Source: Antedon mediterranea
Taxonomy: Eukaryota; Animalia; Echinodermata
NCBI RefSeq assembly: GCF_964355755.1
Contig: NC_092677.1
Location: 22,493,175-22,557,174 of the forward strand
Length of the DNA: 64,000 nucleotides
Direction of reading: 5' to 3'
Shown: piece by piece, positions 38,873 through 50,621 of the stretch
Numbering within the stretch: the stretch's first letter is position 1
Layout of the letters: the number at the start of each line of letters is the position of its first letter
Made by a program: the position numbers and the translations under genes
Notes under the pieces: model-generated
Databases searched by the model: none
Told to the model about the DNA's origin: nothing
Seen by the model: only the letters and a program-made list of their open reading frames with translations

Positions 38873-39495
38873 TTAGTGATAAATTTTAAGATATACGTAC
38901 GCTTTTTTCAAAACTACAATATGGCCCCTTAGTGAGGAGGCTAAAGCCCTGACGCTTGGGAGTGCATCTGCTGGTTTTTTTATACCATACAGTACTATTG
39001 CATCAATAAACTCCCAAAAATCTTTTAAAGTCGGTGCGTATTCAACAGAAAAAAACATAATGGGCCTTCAACAGCTTGTCCATTGCTTCTATTATTTGCA
39101 ACCCACCAGCCACTAGTGTCTTGTCTAAGACGAGAAAGTACTGGTTTGGGCGTGCTGGTGGTCTGATAGCCAATAAATAGGGCTGTCTGTGTTGTACCGC
39201 TTTTTCTTTAACACACTGCTCTACATCTGTTCCATCCTGTATCAATACAAAAAGCAGTGTTATTTATAATAAAGTATTAGCCTTAAGTATTATTTTCCCA
39301 TTTGAATGTGGTCTTAAAGCAATGAGTTTTGATACTCCTGTATTAGGAAATTAATTGTGCATGACTTACTGGGATATGTTGGTTGAAATATTTGACAGCC
39401 TCTGATGTACTCGATGCTTGGCCTGGTGCTTTTTTGAGTTAGATGTAGACCTATAAGTCATATAAATCAGCATCACAAGCACACAGAGATCACCT
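38873..39495 (-). pseudogene. Spliced accessory gene of CACTA/EnSpm-type transposons (SAMD3-like C-terminal region), frameshifted
   Basis: QPYLLAI..QYFLVLD...IEAMDKLLKAHYVF/SVEYAPTLKDFWEFI, plus an upstream exon ending |gtaagt. Confidence 0.55.
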
Positions 39496-40018
39496 AGTGC
39501 ACAAAAAAAAATACTGTTACATTTTACAAAAATAAATCGTTAAATATCTTTAAATTGTGCCATCAGATTTAATTTAAACCTAGCATTTATTAACTTAACC
39601 TGGTTTATCAATATTAAATACAAAATAAAGAGGATATAGGCTTGGCTAGTCACATGCTTTGACCTGGACTAGCCTTAGGCCTAGACCAGAGGCATATTTG
39701 TTTATAAACAGTATTATTAAAGAAATAGTTAATTGTCATTATGATCATGCTTGCCTATGTTACTACTGTACTAGAATAGAGGAATTCATCATACGCTAGG
39801 CCTATTAGTTGGGGAGCCAGAAAAGGTTTACCTGCACCCAGCTCTAGCAAACTATGCCAACAATGTTTTTTTGCTTCCTTATATCAATACAAATCAATTT
39901 TTTGCTGTTGGCCAAAAAAAAAAGTGGGATGTTTGGTCAGTACAGGGCCAAAAGGTCAATGTTAAGACTTTGTGTAACTTGGTAACTACTGGGTGTATTG
40001 GAATATTTTTTGTACCAA

Positions 40019-40620
40019 ACTACTCAGAATACCCATATTTCTATTCATTCTAATATGAAACTGTTGCCAAAAGTGGACAGAAACCCCTTTTCTGACCACT
40101 GGTCAATAAATTGGCCATATGAATATCTCAGCAACCACTGGTCAGAAAGTGATAATTAAGGTTTCATATTACTTTACTCGCAAAGTATATGTTTATATTT
40201 GTTCTAATGTAATAAAAATCATAAAACTGTCAATAAACCCTTAATTTTGACCTTTGACATATAGTCGGCACAAATATTTTTGGCTAGGAGCACACTTTTC
40301 ATATCTCAGAAATTTTTGGGCGGAGTTGTCAAAATACTCAGAAGATACATATTTCTATTCACTTTAATGTACAACTTTTGCCAAAAATGACTGTGAAACT
40401 TTATTTTTGACCATTGGTCAAGAAAATAGCCATATCAATTTCTCAGCAACAACTAGTCAGAAAGTTATAATTTCAGTCTCAAATTACTCGCAATATATAT
40501 AATTATATTTGCTCTAATACAACAGAAATACACAAAATGTTTAAAAACACCTTATTTTGACATTTAACCTATAGCTGGTGTTTGCATTTTTGCGTGGAGC
40601 ACACTTACATTTTTAATAAC
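40019..40620 (+). repeat. Two diverged ~315-bp tandem units
   Basis: tactcagaa..catatttctattca..gccaaaa..ctcagcaac.act.gtcagaaagt..ggagcacactt occurs twice. Confidence 0.7.
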
Positions 40621-41095
40621 TAGCGAATTGTCTTGCTTAATATCAAAATACACTCATATAATCCGGGAGCCCATGAAGATTTGTTTAGCATTGCGAGTAC
40701 AAAAGGTATGAGGCATAGAATATGTCAAGTGGGGTCCTGGGACCATCAAACGGCCGTTCTTAAGTTCCCGCCCCTGTACCAACTCTAGGGAGGGGCGCTC
40801 AAAATACCCCAAAATTTGATTTAATTAGCATAATCAAGTACATAAATGAAACCAATGTTAAAATGTTTATTTTTAGGGTCTAATTGAAGATCCGTAATTC
40901 TTAAGTGTCAACTCCTGTACCTAGTCCACTTAAGAAAGCCACTAATAACTAAAAACTGATTTGGCACTTAAGAATTACGTTTTCTCAGTTGGGTAAATGT
41001 ACTTATTGTATTGTCAAAGGTTTCATCGATGTACTCGACCATGCTAATTAAAATGCCAATTAGCGCTAATTAGTGGCATTCTTAAGTGGACTAGG

Positions 41096-42104
41096 TTTTT
41101 TTTTTTTTTTTTTTTTTTTTGTTAACATAAACTGAATATATTTAAAATTAATTCATGCAATAAAATTATGCTATTTTGTATGGTAAAATAAATATAATAA
41201 AACACATTTTAATCAAACCTACGGCAGTCATATCAACTAAATTAGATTTAAAGACCACCCATGGATTTTGACAAAACGGTTTTTTTAATTCATTATATAT
41301 TTTTATTTTATAAATAGAATAGGTAGCGATATATATTTGGTTTTTTGTACAATTTCCACTGCCATCAATATTTTTAAAAATGTTATCTATATTTCCCCAT
41401 AAATTCTTGTTACCTGGACATTCAAAGAACATGTGTTTTTCATCGTCAAAGGCATCACAATTATTGCATTTACTAGTACTCTTAATATTCCACATATATA
41501 ATCGACTATTGGTAGGAATAGTTCGATTCAACAATTTATATTTAAATTGTGCATATTTTTTGTTTTTTTCATTTAATACTTTTTGTTTCCAAAATTGTAT
41601 CGATTACGTCACATTTTGTAACCATATTATTTACCTGTTTATTGTTTTTCTTAATTACATTTATCCACATTTTTGGAATTGCCTCAACAAGTGTAGTGTA
41701 TTCACTAATCCAATTTCTTTTTATACCCAAATTATTCTTTATTTCACTTGGGTTTAATAAACGATTAAAGGAAACAACGTGTTTCACTTTTGTAAACCCT
41801 GAAGAAACCCAATTTTTATAAAATATAAAAGCCTTGTTATTTATTTTAATATTCTTATTCCCCCATATATATCTACAATATCTACATTAGACCTTCCAAA
41901 CACAAGAACTATAAATCAATATAAATTTAACAATTTTTCCTATACATTCAGGTATATAACATTCATCAAACACTTCATCTATGTATTGTATATGAAATAT
42001 TCAAAATCCTGTATAAATTCATTATTTACTCATTAATTACAAATTAAATTTCATTTTATTATTACAAATAGAGCTAGCTGAAGGTAGATTTTCTAGGCAT
42101 TTTT
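41096..42104 (-). mobile_element. 5'-truncated L1/Tx1-type LINE 3' end
   Basis: LNRTIPTNSRLYMWNIKSTSKCNNCDAFDDEKHMFFEC zinc knuckle and a poly(A) tail (T-run 41096-41120). ctagg plus a T-run on both sides suggests a TSD. Confidence 0.75.
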
Positions 42105-42696
42105 CTAGGTTTTTTTTTTTTTTTTTTTTTTTTTGCAGTACTTTTTAGTAATTTAATACAGAAAACATTTAATAATCATGTTTATATAACACCTAAATAA
42201 TTTGATTGTTAATATTAAACTATTGTTTAATAGTACTTTTTAAACATTTTTGTGTATGATAAAAAAAAACCTTTCGCGGATGAAAAAAAATCAAGCATAC
42301 AAATTACTGTGAAATACAAGAGCGCCAACTGTTGTCTTGCATCTGTTTTGTTTAATTGTAAACACCTCCACGATATGCATTTTTGTGTACAATTTAGATA
42401 TATATAATTATGTACTAATTTAGATCAAAAAGGCATTTAAATTAGCTTTAAATAGTTTTTAGGATTTTGATTAATTATTTGGAACATCTCTACAAGACGT
42501 GGAATCGTTGGAAAACATAATTAGCCTATATATATGAGTTCCAGTTGCCTGTCAAAGTTTTGTATTGCTGCAGCCTAGCTAGTAGGCATGTTAAGGTGCA
42601 TATTTTAGGGTGTGTAGAAAGCGACGACCTCGAATTGGACGACCTTTTTACCTGAAATAAGTACTAAAAAGTTAGTCTACCTGACGGGTGTCTGAG

Positions 42697-42782
42697 TATC
42701 TGAGTTTTGTAGATCTAGAAAACTCAGATATATCTGAATATCTGAGTTTTCTAGTTCCAAAATGGAACTAGAAAACTCAGAT
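42697..42782. repeat. Two adjacent related palindromes/hairpins
   Basis: TATCTGAGTTTTGTAGATCTAGAAAACTCAGATA, then a perfect 20-bp stem ATCTGAGTTTTCTAGTTCCA-AAA-TGGAACTAGAAAACTCAGAT. Confidence 0.85.
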
Positions 42783-43201
42783 CATCATAATATGATTGGT
42801 TGGTAGGTCATTTGGATCATTCCATTATTAATCAGAAGGTAGGTCATTTGAAATACTAGAGTATTATTAAAACTGATTACTGTGTACGTTTTCTTACTAA
42901 ATTGTAACATGTAGAAGCGGCCTACGGCTTAAATCATAAAGAAAATACAGTGAACGTTACTGTTAAAATGTAGGCTTAAAAATTAGGTATGTATGAGTTG
43001 GTGTGGGTACGAGTTGGTTGAGGTATGAGTTAGCCAAGTTGGGAATAGGTAAGAGTTTTTGGGTACGAGTTTAGCACTTTTAGCCTAGTAGGGCCAGGCC
43101 TACTCTCCGCGATAATCACGATAGCGCCCACACATTGAGCCTTGAATTGAGTTCTATTTATTCGTTTCTGTAAACGACAATGTATTATAGTCCTGCGGTA
43201 C

Positions 43202-43298
43202 GTACATTTGAAATCGGCAGTTTTGTTACGCTGAAATTACTGTGTATTCGCAGGGAAGAGTTAATTTAACTCTTCCCTGGTATTCGAGAACCATCTGT
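43202..43298 (+). mobile_element. Diverged inverted fragment of the Helitron-family sequence, carrying a 29-bp palindromic insertion (43251-43279)
   Basis: Reverse complement of about 19810-19870. GTATTCG is duplicated on either side of the insert. Confidence 0.75.
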
Positions 43299-43299
43299 A

Positions 43300-43661
43300 G
43301 ACAAATCTGAAAGTATACTTTGTTGAGAAATCATTTATTGAACAACTCAACAATACAGTACATTCAAGTAGTTAGACATGTGTAGGGATACAGTTATTAT
43401 AGAGCATAATTAAAAGTACATTGTAGTTTTATCTATTGGTTGTAGGAGAAATTTAAACACAGCAATGCAGTTCAGTTAGTTGTTAAGGGCAAAATTAAAC
43501 AGAATAATGCAGTTCAGTTTAGTTGTTTGTATGAGAAATTTAAGCACAGTAATGCAGTTTAATCAGTAATTATTTGGGTAATTTAAACACAACATGTGTA
43601 GTTTAATATTCAGGAATGTTTAGTTGATTTGATGATAGTAGTAGAAAACCAGGCCCTCTAT
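43300..43661. mobile_element. Terminal region of a TIR-bearing element, same family as the end at 47637
   Basis: Ends AGAAAACCAGGCCCTCTATA, the reverse complement of 47637-47656. Contains ~43-bp subterminal tandem units (aaatttaaacacag..aatgcagtt). Confidence 0.7.
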
Positions 43662-46600
43662 AATTTGTTGATATTCTGGGCACCAAGTTATTGGAGTGGA
43701 TGATGGAACTTGTCCCTTGTCCTTGTTGTTTTTCTGTTTAGCTTGTCTTTTTTTGTTCTTCGTATGATTTTTCTTTAAACTTCCAGCTTGTATTAGTAAC
43801 ACGAATAGGGGTTTCGCCCTCTTTGAGTAATCTCTTAAGTAGCGTCTATAGTATCCAGTGAACCCTAAGAGTTTCCTTACTTCGCCTACCGTCTGTGGAA
43901 CTTTTGTTTTGAGTGTATTGAGCGCCTCGGTATCCTTAGGATCCGGTCTGTACCCTTCCTGGCTAATAATTCGACCTAAGTATTTGACTTCCGATTGAAA
44001 TAGATGACATTTAGTTGGTTTTAGTTTCATTCCCTTTTCTTGAACCCGTCGAAGCAGTTCCTTTAGATTGCTCATATGGTTCTCAAAGGTTTTTCCGTAA
44101 ACAATAATGTCGTCTAGATACACTTCACAAATTCTATGATTATATAGACCATCTAAAGCGTCCTCCATACACCTCTGATATGCAGCTGGGGCATTCTTCA
44201 ATCCAAAAGGGACTCGCACCCATTCATGTAAATCCCAGGGAGTGACAAAAGCAGGGAGTGACAAAAGCAGTGAGTGGACGACTATCTGGGTGCATATATC
44301 CCTGGTGGTATGCCTTGCCTTGGTCCAATGTACTAAACCACATATTTCCCCCAAGTCTGTCGAGCACATCTTGTATTCGGGGGATGGGTTGACAATCTGG
44401 TATGGTCTTCCGATTTAGGTCTCTATAGTCGATGCATAGCCGTAGTCCTCCATCTTTTTTTCGCACACAAACTACTGGTGAAGCATATGGTGATTCGGAT
44501 TTTACTATCCAGCCTTGGTCAATCAGTTCTCGAAGATATTCTTTTACTTCTTGAAAGAGAGGTCTGGGTATAGATTGATAGGTTTTCTGTACTGGTATGT
44601 TGTCGGTTAGGTTAATTTTCATTTCAAGACTCGGTATTGAACCCATATCTCGGTCATGTTGACTGAAACTGTTAGACTCATCTTGCAACATCTTTTCAAC
44701 CAATGTTCGTTGGTTATCATTTAAATGGTTGAAGTTAATTTTAAATATCCAATCATTACTTCCTGGGTTCATCTCTACACTAGTAGCAGCTGTCTGCACA
44801 TTTCTCATGGGATTATCCTCGTTGACTGTATTACTTTTAGTGTCCAATCTGCCATGATATACTGCTGTCACTAGTTGTAATTTTCAATCTTCTTTGGGAT
44901 AATCAGTGTTCTGTCAGTCCTGTTGGTGACTTGGATACTAATTATGTGAACAGAATCCTTGTTTTAAAGCCCCATTCCCTACGTTTTTTAGATCTAATTT
45001 AAGATCACAAACTATATTTAATGTAAAAATAATACTATATGGTCCTATTGCGATAACTTTTTTCGTCTTTAAACGGTTAAAAATGTGAAAAATAAATCGA
45101 TTTTAATAATTATAGCGGCCCGCTATAAATCCCAAAATGCATTGCGCGCGGATTGATATTGTTGTTTTTCACCTGTAATTTGCCCACTTTTCGATCGATC
45201 GTGAAGCCAAAACAAATGGAAGACTCCTAACTTTTCAGCGAAAATACCGGGTTTTCCCCAATTTGTATCAACGGAGTCTGGCAAAAATAGAAAGACAATT
45301 AATGTAGCAACTATACAACGTCAGGCTAGGTATATAGCTAGCGTACGATGTTCGTACGTTACCGATGTTTACCAGCTAGGCCTACAAAACTAAGCCTAGC
45401 TAGGCTAGGCCTGAGACCGTCCACGAGAGGTCGATCGCCGCGAGCTACTTAGGTAGTGCATTGTTTCTCACTTTTTATCATAATTTACCATAAAACGTAC
45501 ATTTAAGACAAGGAATGACATGGTTTAATGTTTTTAAAGTGATATATATGTATTATTTTCCAAAAAACGTCCAAAATTGCAGGGAAGGGGTCTTTAAGTC
45601 TACAATGGTGTCAGGTAAAGAATGTTCTGGATGTGGTTCAAATAAAACCATCCTTTTCTTTTGTATCTTTCCTGTATTTGCTCTCACTTTAATGATGTTA
45701 GTTTGCTTGGCTAGAATTTTATGTAAAGTGTGTCCAGAATTTATTTCACAAAAGTCTGTAGGGTCTGACGTTCGGATTTTGGATATTAATCTTTCTGCTG
45801 TAATGTGATGACATTTTGGGAAAGATGTACTTATGGCCTGCTTTAATTCTGGTCCCTCAGTATGCTGGATAATCTCTCTGATGACATTATACCCAATGAT
45901 TGGATGTAGCAAATTATCTTCGGTTACCAAGACAGGTACTAAAGTGGAAAATGTTTTCTGGTAATAATTCGAACTTCTAACAACAGTTTTTTTAAATCCC
46001 GTAGTGTCAAATAAAGCTTCTACCACACCGCCGTTTATTTGGCATTTGATGATACACTTGTTACCGATAAGCTTGACAATTTGTTGATGTTGTCTTGGTG
46101 TAAGATGGCTGACCTGACAACTATTACTTCCAAGAGCTTGTTACTGGTATTTTGTTTGGGGGACCTGTCTGTGTCTATGGTCTCTCCCCGTCCCGCTGGA
46201 TTGACCTTGGTCCGTTTCCCTGGCTCCTACAGCTCCTGGCAAAATGGTTGGATCCACCGCACTTAAAACAATGTCTACACTCCGCCCCTTTCTTATTCTG
46301 TTTGCATACATCACAACCCCTTTCTCTAGTCTTTCTTTCAGTTCTCTGCTGCACCATTGAAAGGGATGCAGTCTCACTTGTTGAAGTGCCGACACATTAG
46401 CCTGTAGTGTCTTCATTCCTTTTATCAACAGTTGTATCTCATCCTGCTGTCCATCTGCTGCAACAGAAGCAGCACTGATGCACGTTTTACTTTTCTGAGA
46501 CCGTCTTTCTTCTAGATTCTCCACAATGGCTAATCTTTCTAGAAGATCTTCATTGGTAATTTTCGGTGTAAGATACGGATTCATTTCACTTCTCAATCTC

Positions 46601-47636
46601 TCTGGCAAGCCAGTCTTCAATGTTTGGATGAAGGTATTTTGTACTAAATCCGCATCATATTTTAGGGTTGATTGATCTTCCTGGGATGCAAAAGTGACCC
46701 GTTGACGAAGGCTCATCGCACACATAACAAAATCCTGTGTTGCTTCAGATTTTCGAAGCGATGCTGCTGCTAGTTCTTGATACAGGTCCATCGCATCTCG
46801 TTCCTTATAATGAGCCCTTAGAATTCTTCGCAACTGTGGTCAGCTTCCCTGCCTGTCCGGGTGCCCCAATCTGTCCACTTAGCTTCAGATCACGTCTGCC
46901 CCATGGGAAAGCACCCAAGCCCTTGTTCTCTGGCGCTGGTCTCTCACCCCCTGCAGACGTCACCTGATTTACTGCCACTTCGATCTCCTCTCCTGGTGCC
47001 TCGAATCCACCAATTATTAGTTCATGCATGCCCGTCAACAGTGCTAGTCCTTTATCCTCCATTGCGTCTACCTCATCGCCATCTAAAAATGTATTGATTG
47101 CCTTTAAAACAATGTGTTTCGTTTTGTTATCCATTCCTTCTAGCTTAAGATACCGTGCCACTTCTTTTACTTGTTCTACAGTCAGAAGGTAAAGTGTACT
47201 ACGTACCGCTCTCTCTAGAGTTTCTAATTCCATGTTCTTCGCTTTTCTTTTCTTATTCACTTCCTAGCGATGTCCTGGCAGGATCGCCAGATTTTACACA
47301 GGTTTCCAGGACATCTCAACAATAGTTCAACAATATTTTTCCAAAGTGAATTTAGTATCCCCGTACACAATATGAATCAACAAAAACAACGGATTAACAC
47401 ATCTGTTCTCTTTAATTGTAAACGATCTTATATTCCTAATCATCTACTGGATAATCATCAGTTCCTTGTTAATGGTTAACCACGGTTTAATTCTAAATAA
47501 CTGTTCTTTTTAATTTAACTTTAAACATCTTACGAAAACAACAAAACCAAACAGCAATCCCTTAACAAAAACAGGCCAGCAACCCAATCAAACATGTCTC
47601 CCTGAACTCTCCCAATTGACCTCCCTCAATTTTTTT
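43662..47636 (-). mobile_element. Gypsy element: partial 5' LTR, PBS, gag, protease region and RT, truncated before RNase H
   Basis: PBS TGGCGATCCTGCCAGGA (47273-47289, tRNA-Arg(ACG)-like). Motifs CFKCGGSNHFARSC, RLCIDYRDLN, LDQGKAYHQ, PFGLKNAP and VYLDDII. A 16-bp duplication (gggagtgacaaaagca) frameshifts RT. Confidence 0.9.
44968..45593. mobile_element. Complete non-autonomous Kolobok-type element (626 bp)
   Basis: TTAA TSD (44964-44967 / 45594-45597), AG...CT termini, and imperfect TIRs AGCCCCATTCCCTAC / AGACCCCTTCCCTGC (12/15). Confidence 0.85.
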
Positions 47637-50621
47637 ATAGAGGGCCTGGTTTTCTTGCCATGTAACAAATATAAACACAATAAATTTAGTTGATTATTTA
47701 GTAAATGTTTAGTGAATTTAAAAACAACATATGTATTTTATTAATCAGAAGCTGATTTGATGATAGTAGATGTAGTTGATTAATCAGGACATTCAAGTAA
47801 AATTGTTTGAGAAATCATCTAGTAAACAACACAAAAATACATTAGTTACAATTGGTTTTAAAATGTACATGCTAAAACAAAAGTAACTATTGTTAAACAA
47901 TTGTAGTTTATAGTAGTACTACTAATAAATTGTAAGGTTTTTTCAATTTCAATTAATATGCTTACTTGTAGGGGTACAGTTATTCAAGTAGTTACATAGT
48001 AGGACAAATTCAAAGTAATATATACATACTTACTATGGTAAGACTACTGTACTTTTTTCTCAAGTAGCGTGGTAGTTTTATTAACTGAAAAAACATGTCA
48101 ATATAAAATAAACAAAAACAAAATGTAACCGAAAACCATATCCTGGGCCTGAACCTCATATATCAACCAAACATAATCCATGTTATCCAAAATTAGGAAT
48201 TCCTTTTATTAAATGCTAATACTAATTAAATAGCATTTACAATAAACAATAAAAAAACCTTTCTTGTGGTGACAATCTATGTACAATAATCAAGAATTTG
48301 AAAGCTTAAGCTCAAGAAAGAAGTATAACATTGTATGTGTAGCATCATAGCTTGCATCATTTCCATTTATTCTTTAAGGTTTCTTAGCTTGTCATAACAC
48401 ATTTCAATGACATATGTTGTATTGAAACATTTTTATCATAAATGGCTTCAACCTTTAAAAAATAAAAACAAAAGTTATTTAATAATATTATTTTTTATTT
48501 ATTTTTTTTTAATAAGACAACTGTTATTGTAGCTATCTCATTGCTCTTTTGCAGTTTATTTTAATATTTATAAATTAAAAAATATATACAAATTATTGTA
48601 TTTCAATTATGATTCTGCATGAGATTTATTTTTATTATTACAGTACGATATTATTTGAAATCTTGGCTGATTTAAAAAGTTTGCCTATATATAACATACC
48701 AATAAAAATACTGTTACTACTAATTTAGAAAGTTCAAACAAGCTTTGAGAATTCACTGGATTTAAATTTTCAACATAGGATTTCTTCAAGGTACTGTATG
48801 TTGAATTTTTACTGTGCTAAAATCTTATTTGAACTTTCTAACATACCAAATAATGTTACCTCCACTTACCTTGGCCATTGTAATTTTGTTTTTGAGGACA
48901 TCACTGTAGAGTGTTTTCAAAAGTCCGATGTCCATTTCAGTGAAAATGTATCTGGTTTTTCGACTGCTCAGCTAACGAAATTAAGATAGTGTGTAAATAA
49001 ATAAACATTTGTTCATACTTGTTTTTAATCTAATTAATCTATAGAGAATTTAATTAATGTATGTATTTTTTTAATTTATTTTTTGGTTTTTGTATTGTAG
49101 ATGGAATAGTATTTAGGCATACTTACAGATTCTTTCATTTGATTAATAATTTTTTTAGCTTCAACAGCCTCACTTATTCTTTGTGTCGCTTTGTAGTACT
49201 TGTCTTGAGTTCTTAGCGAATGGTGCATGTACGAAGCAATATGCTCCTTATTTTGATTGTTGTTCTTATTTTGTTCCATGACTGGAAAATAGAATTATGA
49301 AATCAGGTATAAATATTAGTGTTTATTTCAAATATTTGTTTTAAATTGTCTTTATAGTCAGTAGCCTATAGTTTTGAGCCAAACTGATGCTTAATTCAGT
49401 GTAGGCCTAATGTCAGTGATATGCATTCTATAGCATAATTTCTGGGGATACAGGCATTAGAGTGTCATTCTGGTTAATTTAATGTTGTTCTTCCTTACCA
49501 TAGTGGCTAACTGCTTCCTAAAATGTGTGCAGTTTATAGTTTTGTTCTTTCGGACACCCAGGCTGTGCCACATGCGTGTCAATTCCTGGCATGATCTAAT
49601 TTTTTCGCCCATTATTTTAAAAAATGCTTCTTTAGTCGCCTCCTGGATGTTGGAAAGGTTATTTCTGAAATGGTTCATCATTTGATATAAATCCTCTTCC
49701 AGGAATAAGATGGCTGGGCCTTGAGCGGCAGTTTTGTGATTTGTTACCTATTAGTGTAACAATTTTAGATTTGAAATGCCTTCTACTTAGACAACTGACA
49801 TTCAACAATGCTTTATTGTTAAACAAAACAATATAATTAATTAAATTTCATTCCAGTAGGCCTAATAGTTGGTTTTCACTTATTGACAACCTGCTGTGCT
49901 TACATGGCATTAAGTTTCTTACAATTTTAATGCCTTATTTAGAAATCATTCACAATTTCTTACCTTACCTATTACTAATAATTTAAACCTGTTAGTCACA
50001 TGGTGTGGGATTTTACTATAGACACACAATTTTGTGATCTACTTCTCCCAATAAGACTTTCTCTGTTTACTTACTGTAATGCAAAATTCATTATTAATTT
50101 TCTCTGCTTCATCAAATTCAGAAACTGTCATATTTGATATGACGCCCGAGCGACATCCATTGCGTAAGCATATTAGTGATATCATATATCCTTTGAAATA
50201 ACTATGTTCCTCCAAAGACACTAATTGCCTATTTTTTAGCTTTTCTAAAAGTTGAAAAATCATAACACATTTTATTTGCCATTGAAAAATAAATAAATGA
50301 AGAGGGAAGAGAATGAATCATTTTATCTCCGTTATTAATTTTCTCTAATTTGACTTAATTAAATGGAACATGCTGTTAGGTATTTTAACATAATTACATA
50401 TATAATATTAATAAATTGAATTTAATAATAACTGTAATAATAATCATTGTATTAAGTGATTAATACCATTTATTTGCATTGCTAGAGGTTTTAATTTTTT
50501 TTTTTAAAGTTGCTCCTCTTGTATTGTTATCATCTCATCTAATAAAAAAAAATGCATTATCAATTTTACCTAATTGTAAAAATATTCAGTAGTTCATCAG
50601 ACCTCAATCAATTGTGGAATG

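Noticed and set aside
50585-50605. CTGATGA on the minus strand near the RTE tail
   Set aside because: There is no stem II or GAAA at the right spacing, so it is not a hammerhead.
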